Positions 1-9,891 are shown, counted from the first letter of the stretch. The stretch: 64,000 bases of DNA from Thermoplasmata archaeon (GCA_030037955.1 JASHPT010000012.1:2429-66428); one strand, 5' to 3'. Numbers and translations are program-made. The notes: a model not told the origin generated them from the letters alone.

Positions 1-245
1 TCGACGTTCTCACAGACGGTGGGCGCGGAGAGCGCCAGGTGCCGAGCCACGGTACTGATCGAGGCGGACTCGAGGCTGGAGACCAGGTGCAGGGCCCAGT
101 ACTCCCCCTTCGAGAGGCCCTCCGCCTCCAGCGCCGGGTGGAGGTCGTGGTTCATCGAGCGGACGACCTCGAGGACGCTGTTGACCAGCGGCTCGGGGCG
201 ACCCGCGAGGCTCGGGCGCAGGGGGCGGGAGAGACTTGCGACCAT
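1..245 (-). CDS. MarR-family winged-helix transcriptional regulator (runs off window start)
   Basis: Read manually from ATG at 245: MVASLSRPLRPSLAGRPEPLVNSVLEVVRSMNHDLHPALEAEGLSKGEYWALHLVSSLESASISTVARHLALSAPTVCENV; the GLS-x2-YWAL...ISTVARHLALSAPTV pattern is MarR-like. Confidence 0.75.
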   Translation of the reverse strand, partial: MVASLSRPLRPSLAGRPEPLVNSVLEVVRSMNHDLHPALEAEGLSKGEYWALHLVSSLESASISTVARHLALSAPTVCENV

Positions 246-248
246 GGC

Positions 249-302
249 TCCGAATGGTTAGGCCCCCTAACGATTCGGAAATATAATCATTTGGTTTCCG
301 AA
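249..302. promoter_or_regulatory. TATA-like element flanked by TTCGGA/TCCGAA inverted repeats; putative MarR operator
   Basis: TCCGAAT-G-GTTAG...CTAAC-G-ATTCGGA (249-279) and TTCGGAAA-N13-TTTCCGAA (274-302) surround an AT-rich TATAAT island upstream of the MarR gene. Confidence 0.55.
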
Positions 303-312
303 AGATGTCGAC

Positions 313-726
313 CTACGCGAGGGCGTACCGGGCCAACTGGACCACGTCCGCGAACGGGAGCGAGTACTGCGCGCCGACCGGGTCCCCGCCCCACCGGGCC
401 TCGATCGCCCCCTCCGGGAACTGCGGGAGTTCGCCGGCAGCTCGGGCATCGAGGCCGGTCGGCATCCCGCGGCGGACGCACTCGCCGAGGAGGACCAGCG
501 CGCCGACGGGTCCCGAGGTCACGAGAAGGGTCTCCTGGGGCCCCGTCTGCCGCTGCTCGATGCGGGCGGTCTCGTCATGGTAGTACGCCAGTCGAGCGTT
601 CTCGGGTCGGTGGGCCGATGGTCCCCGGCCGGCCCGCGTGCCGGAGCGCCGGGGCGGCGCCGGCGGGGCGCGCCACTCGATGCCCCGCTCCGCCTCCAGG
701 AATCGCTCCAGCAGACCGGCGTCCAC
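313..726 (-). CDS. hypothetical protein
   Basis: Protein-like C-terminal part of ORF 313..2538 (VDAGLLERFLEAE...QLARYALA); start GTG 726 or ATG 777, directly after the TIGR02757-like gene. Confidence 0.55.
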   Translation of the reverse strand: MDAGLLERFLEAERGIEWRAPPAPPRRSGTRAGRGPSAHRPENARLAYYHDETARIEQRQTGPQETLLVTSGPVGALVLLGECVRRGMPTGLDARAAGELPQFPEGAIEARWGGDPVGAQYSLPFADVVQLARYALA

Positions 727-749
727 GGGGATGGCCCCCGAGGCCGGCG

Positions 750-1628
750 TCAGGAGGCCCCCCGCCGGGGCCGCCATAGGAGACAGTCGGGACGCACGAC
801 GCAGGGGCCGCAGACCCGCATGTCTCTCTCCTTCGGGCAGTCTCCCGAGATGCCGGTGTGGCAGAGCACAAAGTCGTACTTGATGGGGTCGACCGGGTCG
901 ACACGACGGAGGCCGGCGGTGACCTCCTCGACCGTCATCCAGTTCCGGGTACGGCGGTGGGTCAGCCCGAGATGATACGCGATCCAATGCACGTGGAGGT
1001 CGAGAGGGATCCGGAGCTCGGCTGCGGGGATCCCGGTCCATACCCCCAGGTCCGGAAAACCGGACCGGCTCATCCACCGGACGTACAGGGTCTCCCGTTT
1101 GCACGGACTGTGGGCCCCGTCGAGGGGGCTCGGAAACAGGGCCCGGTACCCCCGCGGTGGACGGCGGGGACCGTTTCCTCGAAGTCCCTGGGCCAGGCGG
1201 TCCAGGCCCCGGGCGAACCCGTCCTCTTCCAGCCCCGAACGGAACAGGTTCTCCAGCGAGCCATGTTCTCGGCGGAGTTCCCCGACGGTTCCCGCGAGGT
1301 GGGCGAGCTGGTCGCCCCGGATCCACCGGTGACGGAAGGTCCGTAGCGCCGAGCGGAACCTCGCTCCGGCGCCCGCTTCTCCCAGCGCTGCGAAGTCGTG
1401 ATCGACGCGGCGGTCGAGGTCGGCGAAGGCCCCCCGGATCGCGGTGACGTTCCCGATGGCCAGGGTCGCCGCGAAGATGCCGGCCACCTCGGCCGCCGCG
1501 CGATCCTTCGCGAGGGGCCGTATGCACGACAACGGGTCCTGGGCCAGCGACCGTTCGAACGGGAACTGCCGGTACAGGGCCTCGAGGTGCGCGGGGAACT
1601 GCGGTGTGGGATGATGGGGCGGGCTCAC
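750..1628 (-). CDS. TIGR02757/DUF2400 family protein (HhH-like, putative DNA repair)
   Basis: DP...EVAG..AATLAIG, SPCKR..LYVRWM, DLGVW, IPLDLH and DPVDPIKYDF motifs. Confidence 0.85.
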   Translation of the reverse strand: MSPPHHPTPQFPAHLEALYRQFPFERSLAQDPLSCIRPLAKDRAAAEVAGIFAATLAIGNVTAIRGAFADLDRRVDHDFAALGEAGAGARFRSALRTFRHRWIRGDQLAHLAGTVGELRREHGSLENLFRSGLEEDGFARGLDRLAQGLRGNGPRRPPRGYRALFPSPLDGAHSPCKRETLYVRWMSRSGFPDLGVWTGIPAAELRIPLDLHVHWIAYHLGLTHRRTRNWMTVEEVTAGLRRVDPVDPIKYDFVLCHTGISGDCPKERDMRVCGPCVVRPDCLLWRPRRGAS

Positions 1629-1725
1629 GATGGGGGCGCGAGCCCGGCCGCTGATTTACCGTTGCCCGGAATGCCGGACGTCGCGATTCCGCGGCCGTAA
1701 GTAAGTCGCGGGCCTGAGGCGACCG

Positions 1726-2514
1726 ATGGCTTCGCCGAAGGAGACCCTGGCGGAAGGGATCGACCGCTCCTGGCTCCAACGGCAGGCCCAGAGTGATCCC
1801 GTCGCACATGCCTGGGCTCTGTGGGATATCGACCACGAGCCGGGCCGGTTCCGATTCGTCTCCCGGCTCCGGCAGGGTGTGACGGTCGGATACCTGCTCA
1901 TCTGGTACGCCGGAGACGTGCCCCGGGCCCACTGGATCAGCGACGAACTCGACGATGGGCTCCTCGCGCTCGGCCTCCCGCTTCCGCCGGTACTCGCGTA
2001 TGTGCCCGAGCGGGTCGCCTCGGCCGTCCAGGAGCGACTCGGTGCGCGCCGGTCGACACCGATGGACGTCCTCGTCTGTTCCGGCCGCACCGTGACGCCG
2101 CCGGACCCCCGGGTCCGCCGGCTCAGCCCGGCCGACTCGGCGGTTCTCTCGGAGTTCCTCGCCACGCATCCGGACACGGAACTCGGAGGCTTTGACCCCC
2201 AGGATCTCGATCATCGACCCGCCTGGGGCGCTTTCGAGGCCGGCCGTCTGGTGGCGGTAGCTCGGGCGGCCGTGCGCTTGCCGGCTGTCTGGATCGTGAC
2301 CGGGGTCTTCACCGACCCGGCCCACCGCGGGCGGGGCCTGGGCAGGGAGGTCACGACCGCAGTCACCACCGCCGCCTTGGCCGCCGGCGCCCGCGCGGCG
2401 CTCTACGTCCGTGCGGACAATGCCCCGGCGAAGACCATCTACCGGGAGATCGGCTACGAGCCCGTGGGCCGACGGGTGTTGATCGACGCCCGGCCCGAGG
2501 CTCCAGCATTTTGA
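1726..2514 (+). CDS. GNAT family N-acetyltransferase
   Basis: C-terminal VFTDPAHRGRGLG acetyl-CoA motif and NAPAKTIYREIGY. Confidence 0.85.
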   Translation: MASPKETLAEGIDRSWLQRQAQSDPVAHAWALWDIDHEPGRFRFVSRLRQGVTVGYLLIWYAGDVPRAHWISDELDDGLLALGLPLPPVLAYVPERVASAVQERLGARRSTPMDVLVCSGRTVTPPDPRVRRLSPADSAVLSEFLATHPDTELGGFDPQDLDHRPAWGAFEAGRLVAVARAAVRLPAVWIVTGVFTDPAHRGRGLGREVTTAVTTAALAAGARAALYVRADNAPAKTIYREIGYEPVGRRVLIDARPEAPAF

Positions 2515-2543
2515 CCCGGGGCTCTCTCCCCGTCCCACCGACG

Positions 2544-4229
2544 ATGTCTACGAACACCGAGGTCGCGAAAATCTTCTACGCGATCGCTGACCTGCTCGAC
2601 CTCCAGGGCGAGCGCTTCAAGCCGGAGGCCTACCGCCGGGCCGCGCGGTCCCTCGAATCCCTGGGCGAGGACCTCCGCAAGGTCGCCCAACGAGGCGGCC
2701 TCGACCAGATCCCGGGTATCGGAGAAGCGCTCCGGGAGAAGATCCTCGAGTACCTGCGCGACGGCAAGATCGGCTACTACGAGAAGCTCCAGGAGGCGTT
2801 TCCCCCCGGCGTCCTGGAGCTGATGCGGATCCCGGGAATCGGGCCGAAGACCACCGGTCGATTCTACCTGGAGCTCCACCTCGACAGTCCGGCTGCGCTC
2901 GCGCAAGCCATCGAGGAGGGCCGGCTCACCGGCCTGGCCGGCTTCGGGCCCAAGAAGATCGACAACCTGCGGGAGGCTCTCCGCGCCCGAACTTCCGCGG
3001 CACCGGCGGCCCGCACCCCCCTCGGGCCGGCGTGGCGACTGGCTCGCTCGATCGTCGAGGAGCTGTCCCGTCGGACCCCGGTCCATGACATCCTCGCGGC
3101 CGGGAGCCTGCGTCGGTGCCGAGAGACCGTCGGCGATCTCGATATCCTCGCCACGTCGGACCGGCCTCCCGAGACGATCGCGGAGTTCACGCGCCTTCCG
3201 ACCGTGCGGACGATCGTCGTGCAGGGAGACACCAAGGCGACCGTGATCCACGAGCCCGGCATCCAGGTCGACCTGCGCGTGGTCGAGCCGGCGAGCTTCG
3301 GAGCGGCGCTCCAGTACTTCACCGGCTCGAAGGATCACAACATCGAGCTGCGGTCGCTCGCCCGGGACCGCGGCCTCAAGATCAACGAATACGGCGTGTT
3401 CCGTGGCGAGGCCCGCGTCGCCGGCGCCAGCGAGGCCGAGGTCTACGCGAGCCTCGGCCTCGACTGGATGCCGCCCGAGATCCGGGAGAACCAGGGAGAG
3501 ATCGAGGCGGCGCAGCGCCACGAGGTTCCGGCCCTCGTCGAAACCCGTCACCTTCGAGGCGAGCTCCACCGCCACGTCCCGGTCGCCCTCAGCGAGACCT
3601 GGCTCCGAGGGGTCGTCGCCGAGGCGCGCCGTCTCAGCCTCCGGTACCTGGGACTCGTGCTTCCGCTGGGGTCGAGCCCCCGGTCCGCTGCGGCCCGCGT
3701 CTCGGAGCTTCGAGCGCTGTGGCCCCGGGCCGACCCGGGCCCGCTCCGGCTGCTCGTCGGCCACGAGGTCGAGCTCGGTGCCGAGGGGATGACGAACGTG
3801 CCGCCGGTGGATTACCGGGTCGCGGTGCCGGCAGCCGGGTCGTCCCCGGCGCCGCCTCGCTCCCCGACCCCGGTGCCGGTCCGGTTTGTCGGCCATCTGC
3901 GGTTCGCCCCAGAGGGCGGCGAGGTGCCGCGGGAAGTGGTGATGCCCTGGATCGAGTGGTGCCGGGCCCACGGAGTGGCCCTGGAGATCACGCCGGCCGG
4001 CGCGAGCGACGGGCTGGACGCGGCGGCCGCGCGATGGGCTCAGGACGCCGGCGTGAGTCTCGTGCTGAGCGCCGGCCCGGACGACCTGACCGAACTTGAT
4101 CTCACGACCGGCCGGGCCCGACGCGGGTGGGTGCGCGTCGAACAGGTCGTCAATTCACGGGACGACGCGGCTGGATCGACCGAGGGGGCGGGGTCGGTCC
4201 GGCGGCGGCGGTCGGCCGTCCGAAACTGA
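2544..4229 (+). CDS. polX: family X DNA polymerase with degenerate PHP domain
   Basis: AYRRAA, HhH motifs (IPGIG), GSLRR..TVGDLDIL, QVDLRVV, LQYFTGSKDHN, INEYG, PPEIRE. Confidence 0.92.
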   Translation: MSTNTEVAKIFYAIADLLDLQGERFKPEAYRRAARSLESLGEDLRKVAQRGGLDQIPGIGEALREKILEYLRDGKIGYYEKLQEAFPPGVLELMRIPGIGPKTTGRFYLELHLDSPAALAQAIEEGRLTGLAGFGPKKIDNLREALRARTSAAPAARTPLGPAWRLARSIVEELSRRTPVHDILAAGSLRRCRETVGDLDILATSDRPPETIAEFTRLPTVRTIVVQGDTKATVIHEPGIQVDLRVVEPASFGAALQYFTGSKDHNIELRSLARDRGLKINEYGVFRGEARVAGASEAEVYASLGLDWMPPEIRENQGEIEAAQRHEVPALVETRHLRGELHRHVPVALSETWLRGVVAEARRLSLRYLGLVLPLGSSPRSAAARVSELRALWPRADPGPLRLLVGHEVELGAEGMTNVPPVDYRVAVPAAGSSPAPPRSPTPVPVRFVGHLRFAPEGGEVPREVVMPWIEWCRAHGVALEITPAGASDGLDAAAARWAQDAGVSLVLSAGPDDLTELDLTTGRARRGWVRVEQVVNSRDDAAGSTEGAGSVRRRRSAVRN

Positions 4230-5058
4230 CGGCCGGGGTCGGCGGACGCGGGACCGAGTGGTTCTGCACGCACGTGGCACACAGGTGTGCCTGGGGCCCG
4301 GAGGACGTCTTCCAGTAGCACCGGGCGCAGAGCGCGCGGCCACAATCGCCGCACGCCTCGAACCGGGGGGGCGAGCCAAGGGACTCTCCACAATCCGCGC
4401 ACCGTCGACCCGGAGACGACGGGAGGCCCGTCCCCCGGGGAGTGGGGATCTGGGAGAGCCGCTGAAGCAGGGTCACCGGCCCCGGCTCGGCGGGGGCTCG
4501 GGTCGACCGCGGGGGCGTGGGGGGAGGAAGGGGGGTGGCCCTTTGCAGGGCGTCCATCCGACCCACGAGTCCGGTCACGGTCTGGGGGGTCGGCGCTAGC
4601 GTACTGGAGGAGGGACCGGCCTCCGCGGCGAAGGGGATGAGCAGCGTGGAACCGGAGGTCGCCGCGGCGGCCAGTCCGACCGGGGCAGCGGTCGGAAGCG
4701 GCGGCGGAGGAGAAGCCGACGATGGAGTCCCCGTGTGAGCGGGAGCCCCGACGTCGTCCGACCCGTCGGACGTGACCAGAGCCGGGAGAGCCATCAGGCT
4801 GGCCCCGGCGTGGGAGGTTCGGGGCACGGGCGGGGCTCGCCCCCACGGGTCCGGCAGCGGGTCGAGGACGAGAACGAGGAGCGCGAGGAACAGGGCCACG
4901 ATCCCGGCGGCCAGGAGGGTCATCTCGACCCACGGGGCTCGCAGGCCGGTCGGGGCGAAGCGCCAGTCGAGGCCCAGGGCAGCCGCGGCGAGAAGGGCGG
5001 CGCCCAGGAAGAGGAGGCTTCCGAGGCGCAGCGCACGTTGCGTGGAGGGGGCGGTCAT
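4150..5058 (-). CDS. hypothetical membrane protein with C-terminal multi-CxxC zinc finger
   Basis: Two N-terminal TM helices, Pro/Ser-rich linker, CADC/CGDC/CARC/CATC. Confidence 0.7.
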   Translation of the reverse strand: MTAPSTQRALRLGSLLFLGAALLAAAALGLDWRFAPTGLRAPWVEMTLLAAGIVALFLALLVLVLDPLPDPWGRAPPVPRTSHAGASLMALPALVTSDGSDDVGAPAHTGTPSSASPPPPLPTAAPVGLAAAATSGSTLLIPFAAEAGPSSSTLAPTPQTVTGLVGRMDALQRATPLPPPTPPRSTRAPAEPGPVTLLQRLSQIPTPRGTGLPSSPGRRCADCGESLGSPPRFEACGDCGRALCARCYWKTSSGPQAHLCATCVQNHSVPRPPTPAVSFGRPTAAAGPTPPPRSIQPRRPVN

Positions 5059-5179
5059 GGACTGCGGGCGGAAGGGGGTACCCAACCGGCCTCGAAAACG
5101 TTGTGTCCGTGGCGGAAACCGATGAACACTGCGAGTCCAGCACGAGATTCATGTACCGGAGCGGGGCGCTCGCAGACCC

Positions 5180-5554
5180 GTGTACGTCCGCCCGCGCTAT
5201 CGCCGGAAGGTGACCGCGGTCGAGCCGGTCTCCCCGGCGCCCGCCGCCGCTGCCGTTCAGCGCCGGTCGCACGTCGCAGTGGTCCCGGCCCTCCTCCTCC
5301 TGGGCGTGGGCTGGTACCTGGCTCGGTTCTCGATCCTGTTCCCGGCGCTCATCGGATTCTTTCTGCTGAGCGGAGCGCTCGGTCTCCTCGGGTCCCGTCT
5401 GAACCCGCTCTCGACGGCGTTCTACCTCACGACCAAGCCGTCCTGGAGCGCCATCGGAACGGTGTTCCTGGCGGGAGGGGCTCTGCTCTGGATGACCTAC
5501 GAGTATTACCTGCACTCGTGGGCGCCGGTACTGCCTCACCTGCCGGCGTTCTGA
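5180..5554 (+). CDS. hypothetical membrane protein
   Basis: About three hydrophobic helices; fills the gap between flanking genes. Confidence 0.65.
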   Translation: MYVRPRYRRKVTAVEPVSPAPAAAAVQRRSHVAVVPALLLLGVGWYLARFSILFPALIGFFLLSGALGLLGSRLNPLSTAFYLTTKPSWSAIGTVFLAGGALLWMTYEYYLHSWAPVLPHLPAF

Positions 5555-5563
5555 CGAGCCGGC

Positions 5564-6469
5564 CTACGCCGCGATCATCCGCTCGAGGGCTTGGCGAGCC
5601 CGGGCGGCGACGGGCCCGGGCACGTCGATGACGTAGCGCATCTGGGCCAGGGAGTCCCGGACATCCGTGAGGTCGATCTCCTTCATGTACGGGCAGATCG
5701 CCCCGCGGGAGAGTGGGAGAAACTGGGTCGTAGGGTTGAGCTTCTGCATCCGGTGCAGGATCCCGACCTCGGTGGCGACGATCACCGTCGGGGCTCGTGT
5801 CTCCTCCGCGTAGCGGACCATCCCGTCGGTCGACAGGACCCGGTCGACATGCTCGAGCGTCCCGCTGGCGCAGCCACACTCAGGATGCGCGATGACCGGG
5901 GCGCCCGGATGGGCCTGCCGGGCCGTCTCGATCTCCTCCGGCCGCATCTTGGCGTGGACCGGACAGTCCCCGGTCCAGAGGTGCATCTTCCGGCCGGTCT
6001 TCCGGCGGACGTAGTCGCCGAGGAACATGTCCGGAAGGAACAGGATCTCCTGGTCTGCCGGCAGGGAGCTCACGGTCTTGATCGCGTTCGAGCTGGTGCA
6101 GATGAAGTCCGACTCCGCCTTCACGTCGGCCGAGGTGTTGATGTACGACACGACGACGGCGCCGGGATGTTGCGCCTTCCAACTGCGGAGCTGCTCGGCC
6201 GTGATCGAGTCGGCGAGACCGCACCCGGCCTTGAGGTCCGGCAGCAGGACGGTCTTGGTCGGGTTCAGGATCTTCGCCGTTTCGGCCATGAACTGGACGC
6301 CGGCGAAGAGGATGACGGGCCGGTCCGTCTCCGCCGCCTTCCGGGACAGGTAGAGCGAGTCGCCGACGAAGTCGGCGACCTCCTGCACTTCCGGCAGCTG
6401 GTAGTTGTGTGCCAGGAGGACGGCCCTTCGCTCCTCCTTGAGCCGGTGGATCTCGTCCTCGAGTGACAT
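5564..6469 (-). CDS. nadA: quinolinate synthase
   Basis: LAHNYQ, DFVGDS, FMAETAK, SYINTS, CTSSN, AHPEC, TEVG, CPYMK. Confidence 0.96.
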   Translation of the reverse strand: MSLEDEIHRLKEERRAVLLAHNYQLPEVQEVADFVGDSLYLSRKAAETDRPVILFAGVQFMAETAKILNPTKTVLLPDLKAGCGLADSITAEQLRSWKAQHPGAVVVSYINTSADVKAESDFICTSSNAIKTVSSLPADQEILFLPDMFLGDYVRRKTGRKMHLWTGDCPVHAKMRPEEIETARQAHPGAPVIAHPECGCASGTLEHVDRVLSTDGMVRYAEETRAPTVIVATEVGILHRMQKLNPTTQFLPLSRGAICPYMKEIDLTDVRDSLAQMRYVIDVPGPVAARARQALERMIAA

Positions 6470-6528
6470 GGCCGGACCCGAGGTCCAAGGACGACGGAAC
6501 GGCACTTAAGCCGAGTGTGGGGGCCGCG

Positions 6529-7419
6529 TTACCTCGACCCACGGGGAGGGACGACCACCAGGTGGAACGGTAGGGCCGGGGCCGAGTGGGTCAGGCTCCC
6601 GAGGCTCGCGGCATCGGCGCCCGAGCGCGCGTAGGCCGCCACGTTCGTCCCATCGATCCCGCCCGAGACCTCGAGGTCGGCTGTGGCGCCCGCGGGGAAG
6701 CGGCGGATCGACCGGATGAGCCGATGGGCCGCTCGCGGGGAGAGGTTGTCGATCAAGAGGCTCCGCGCGCCGGCTCCCAGAGCCGCCCGAGCCTGAGCCA
6801 AGGAGTGGACCTCGACCTGGAGCGGCCGGCCATCGACCCGCCGTCGTCCCCGTCGGACCGCCTCGGCGACGGGGACGACGGCCAGGTGGTTCCCCTTGAT
6901 CAGTACCGCATCGGAGAGGTCTCGTCGATGCGGCTCGCCGCCACCGTGCACGACGGCAGCCTTCTCCAGGTCCCGGAGCCCGGGAAGCGTTTTCCGGGTG
7001 GCCCGGACCCGGAACCCGGGCCGGACCATCCGCGCGGCGCGGACCGCCCGCTCCGTCGCCGTCGCCACGCCCGAGAGATGCATCAGGAAGTTGAGGAGGG
7101 TCCGCTCGACCGACAGGATCCGGCGGAGGTCGCCCCGGAGCTCGAGCACGACGCTCCCCCGGTGCACCCGAGCGCCGTCGACGAGCCGGGCCGTGGCGCG
7201 GAGTCCGCCGATCCGTGCGATCATCTCGGCGACCTGCACGCCCGACAGCACCCCGGGGGCCTGGGCGATCACCTGCGCCCGAACGTCGAGTCGGCCCGGG
7301 AAGAGGGCTCGCGTCGTGGCGTCGTGGGTCCACCGGTCCTCTCGCAACGCCTCCCGGAGCTTCCCGGCCGTTCCCGGCGGGAGGCCGGGAGGTCCCGGCT
7401 CAGGACGCCGGTGCCGCAT
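6529..7419 (-). CDS. nadC: nicotinate-nucleotide pyrophosphorylase (carboxylating)
   Basis: ERTLLNFL.HLSGVAT, TRKTLPGLR, HRRDLSD.VLIK.NH, EVSGG, GSLTHS. Confidence 0.95.
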   Translation of the reverse strand: MRHRRPEPGPPGLPPGTAGKLREALREDRWTHDATTRALFPGRLDVRAQVIAQAPGVLSGVQVAEMIARIGGLRATARLVDGARVHRGSVVLELRGDLRRILSVERTLLNFLMHLSGVATATERAVRAARMVRPGFRVRATRKTLPGLRDLEKAAVVHGGGEPHRRDLSDAVLIKGNHLAVVPVAEAVRRGRRRVDGRPLQVEVHSLAQARAALGAGARSLLIDNLSPRAAHRLIRSIRRFPAGATADLEVSGGIDGTNVAAYARSGADAASLGSLTHSAPALPFHLVVVPPRGSR

Positions 7420-9835
7420 GTTCTCCCTCCCGCTCGGTCACCCGTCGCTCCAGGGAGCGGTAATCCTCGAGCAGGTCGGGGCGGAGGCGGGACAGGGAGC
7501 GGCGGTCGAGGTCGCGGATCTTGTCGCGCGCGAGGGCCAGGTCGTCCCGGGCCAGGTCGACCTCGGCGAGACGCAACACGACCTCGACCTCGTCGCCCGG
7601 GAGGTGCTCGTCCCGGAACAGTTGCCCGGCCTGCTCGAGCGCCCGCGTGGCGAGCTCGAGTTCGCCGGCGAGGAGGTGCAGCTTCCCTTCGTTGAGGTAG
7701 GTCTGGCCGAGACCGAACCGGTCTCCGATGCCCTCCAGGAGCTCCCGCGCGGTCTGGTTGTGCTTCTCCGCCTCGGGAAGCCGCTGCTGGACCCGTTCCA
7801 GGTCCCCGATGTTGAGGTGCGCCCAGCCCAGGCGTCGCAGGTCATGCGCCCGGTCCGCGAGCTCGGCGGCGATCACGAGCTCCTCGAGTCCCTGGTCCAC
7901 GTCCCCATGCTGGCTCAGCACCACGCCGTGACAGAGGTAGGCGTACGATGCCTCGGCGTTGTCCCCGAGGTCGCGCAGCGTCTCGCCGGCCTCGTGGTAG
8001 AGTGCGAGCGCTTCGACCTCCCGGCCGGGCGTCATCGACAGGACGTTCGCCAGTCGGACGCGTTGGATAGCGACCTCGTGCGGGTTCCCGGTCGCTTCGG
8101 CGGCGGAGAGCGCTTCCTGCTGGTGCTCGAGGGCCTCGGCGTACTCGGCCCGATAGAACAGAATCTCCCCGCGGAGGCGGAGACCGTAGACCTTCAGCAA
8201 CGGGTCGCTCGCGGCCTCGATGCTCGCGAGCGAGTCCCGCATCGTCCGGTCGGCCTCGTCCCAGCGGCCCTGGTCGGCCAGGATCCGTCCCAGGAGCAGT
8301 CCGAACAGCGCACGCTGGTCCGCCGTCGCCGTCGTGGGAACGGTCGGCCGTGCGAGGGTCTCGCGAAGCAGCTGCTCCGCCCGTCGGAGCTCCCCGACCC
8401 GGTCCCGTTCGAGCGCGATCTGCAGGATCAGGTCGAGTTCCCCGGCAAGATCGTCCGGGAACGCGCGCTGGTGGGCCTCGAGGGCCTGCTCGTAGTGGAC
8501 CAGCGCCACGTTCGACGTGTGCGCCCGGCGAGCGAACTCGGCCGCGCGTCGGTTGAAGTCGACGGCCTGAGCGTCGGCGCGGCCCAGATAGTAGTGTCGT
8601 GCGAGGGAGAAGATCGTCGCGAGGTCGGCGGCGCCGATCGATTCCGTCGCCTCACCGACCCGACGGTGCAGGAGCCTAAGCCGCGGCCCCGTGAGACGGG
8701 AATACAGCTCGAACCGGACATCCTCCCGGAGGAACTCGAAGACCTCGCCGGGCTTCTCCCGAAGGATCCCGAGGTCGACGAGACGCTCCACCTCTTCGGC
8801 GAGCGCCTCCTCCTCCTGGCCGGTCGCCTTGAGCAGGAGCGGGAACGAGACCTCGCGGCCGGCGACCGCCGCCAGGGTCAGGAGCTTGAGCTCGGGCTCG
8901 GTGACCTCCTGGAGGAGGGCCCGTGGCTCGAGAGCGAGCCGACGGTCCTCGTCCCCGCGGGAGGATCCGCGCACCGCCGCCTCGCGTCCGCGGATGAGCT
9001 GTTCGAGGAGCACCGGCACGCCACCGGTCGCCTCGAACCAGCGGCTGACCTCGGCCGCGTGGACCTCGCGCTTCGGGTCGACCCAGCGGATGAACTCCGG
9101 GACCTCCCGCTCGGTGAAGGGGCGGAGGGTCAGGCGCTCGGCCTGACCGGCTTTGACCCACTCCTCCAGCGACGTCGCGAGCTGGGCCGGCCATTGGGCC
9201 GCGGGAAGCGCGGTGGCGAACACCCACAGCGGCCGGTCGGCGAGCTTCGGGACCAGGAAGTCCAGGAACTCCACGGTGGCAGGGTCGACGAACTGCAGGT
9301 CGTCGATGGCGAGGAGCACCGGCCCCGACCGCGCGGCGAGCAGCAGCGGCTCGGCAAAGCCTTCGAAGAGGCGCTGCCGGCTCGACCGCAGGTCACCGGC
9401 ACCGTCGCTCGACGAGAGCAGGTGGGCGGCCAGCGGCGGAAGGTCGGTCCGGCCGTGCTCGGCCTCCGGCAGGAAACCGATCGGTACGACGGGGGCGCTG
9501 GCAACCCCGGCCACCTGCGCGAGGGAGGCCGGCGCCTCGTCGCCTCCCCGCGCCGCTGCCTCCTCGTCCGCCTGCGGCCTCAGGATCGCTTCCTGGAGCA
9601 CGAGGAACGGGGGCGGGTTCTCGAGCGAGACGGCCCGGGCGTGGAACACCCGGAACCCGCCCCGCTCGCTCTCCTCCACGAGGGCGGCGAAGAACGAGGA
9701 TTTGCCGACGCCGTTGGTCCCTTCCAGCACCGTGAGGCCGCCGGCGCCGCCTCGGGCATTCTCCCGACGGCGGAGGATCGCGTTCCAGACCTCCACGCGG
9801 CCGATGGGGGGGATCGAAGAGGGCCGGGCCTGCAT
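7400..9835 (-). CDS. STAND/AAA-type ATPase with C-terminal TPR repeats
   Basis: IGR, Walker A GTNGVGKS, Walker B AIDDLQF, TGGVP, TPR-like helical repeats. Confidence 0.85.
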   Translation of the reverse strand: MQARPSSIPPIGRVEVWNAILRRRENARGGAGGLTVLEGTNGVGKSSFFAALVEESERGGFRVFHARAVSLENPPPFLVLQEAILRPQADEEAAARGGDEAPASLAQVAGVASAPVVPIGFLPEAEHGRTDLPPLAAHLLSSSDGAGDLRSSRQRLFEGFAEPLLLAARSGPVLLAIDDLQFVDPATVEFLDFLVPKLADRPLWVFATALPAAQWPAQLATSLEEWVKAGQAERLTLRPFTEREVPEFIRWVDPKREVHAAEVSRWFEATGGVPVLLEQLIRGREAAVRGSSRGDEDRRLALEPRALLQEVTEPELKLLTLAAVAGREVSFPLLLKATGQEEEALAEEVERLVDLGILREKPGEVFEFLREDVRFELYSRLTGPRLRLLHRRVGEATESIGAADLATIFSLARHYYLGRADAQAVDFNRRAAEFARRAHTSNVALVHYEQALEAHQRAFPDDLAGELDLILQIALERDRVGELRRAEQLLRETLARPTVPTTATADQRALFGLLLGRILADQGRWDEADRTMRDSLASIEAASDPLLKVYGLRLRGEILFYRAEYAEALEHQQEALSAAEATGNPHEVAIQRVRLANVLSMTPGREVEALALYHEAGETLRDLGDNAEASYAYLCHGVVLSQHGDVDQGLEELVIAAELADRAHDLRRLGWAHLNIGDLERVQQRLPEAEKHNQTARELLEGIGDRFGLGQTYLNEGKLHLLAGELELATRALEQAGQLFRDEHLPGDEVEVVLRLAEVDLARDDLALARDKIRDLDRRSLSRLRPDLLEDYRSLERRVTEREGEHAAPAS

Positions 9836-9891
9836 CGTCCTCGCCCCTTATCGGCGGGGCCGGGGTATATGAGGGTAGCTCGGCGGAGCGC

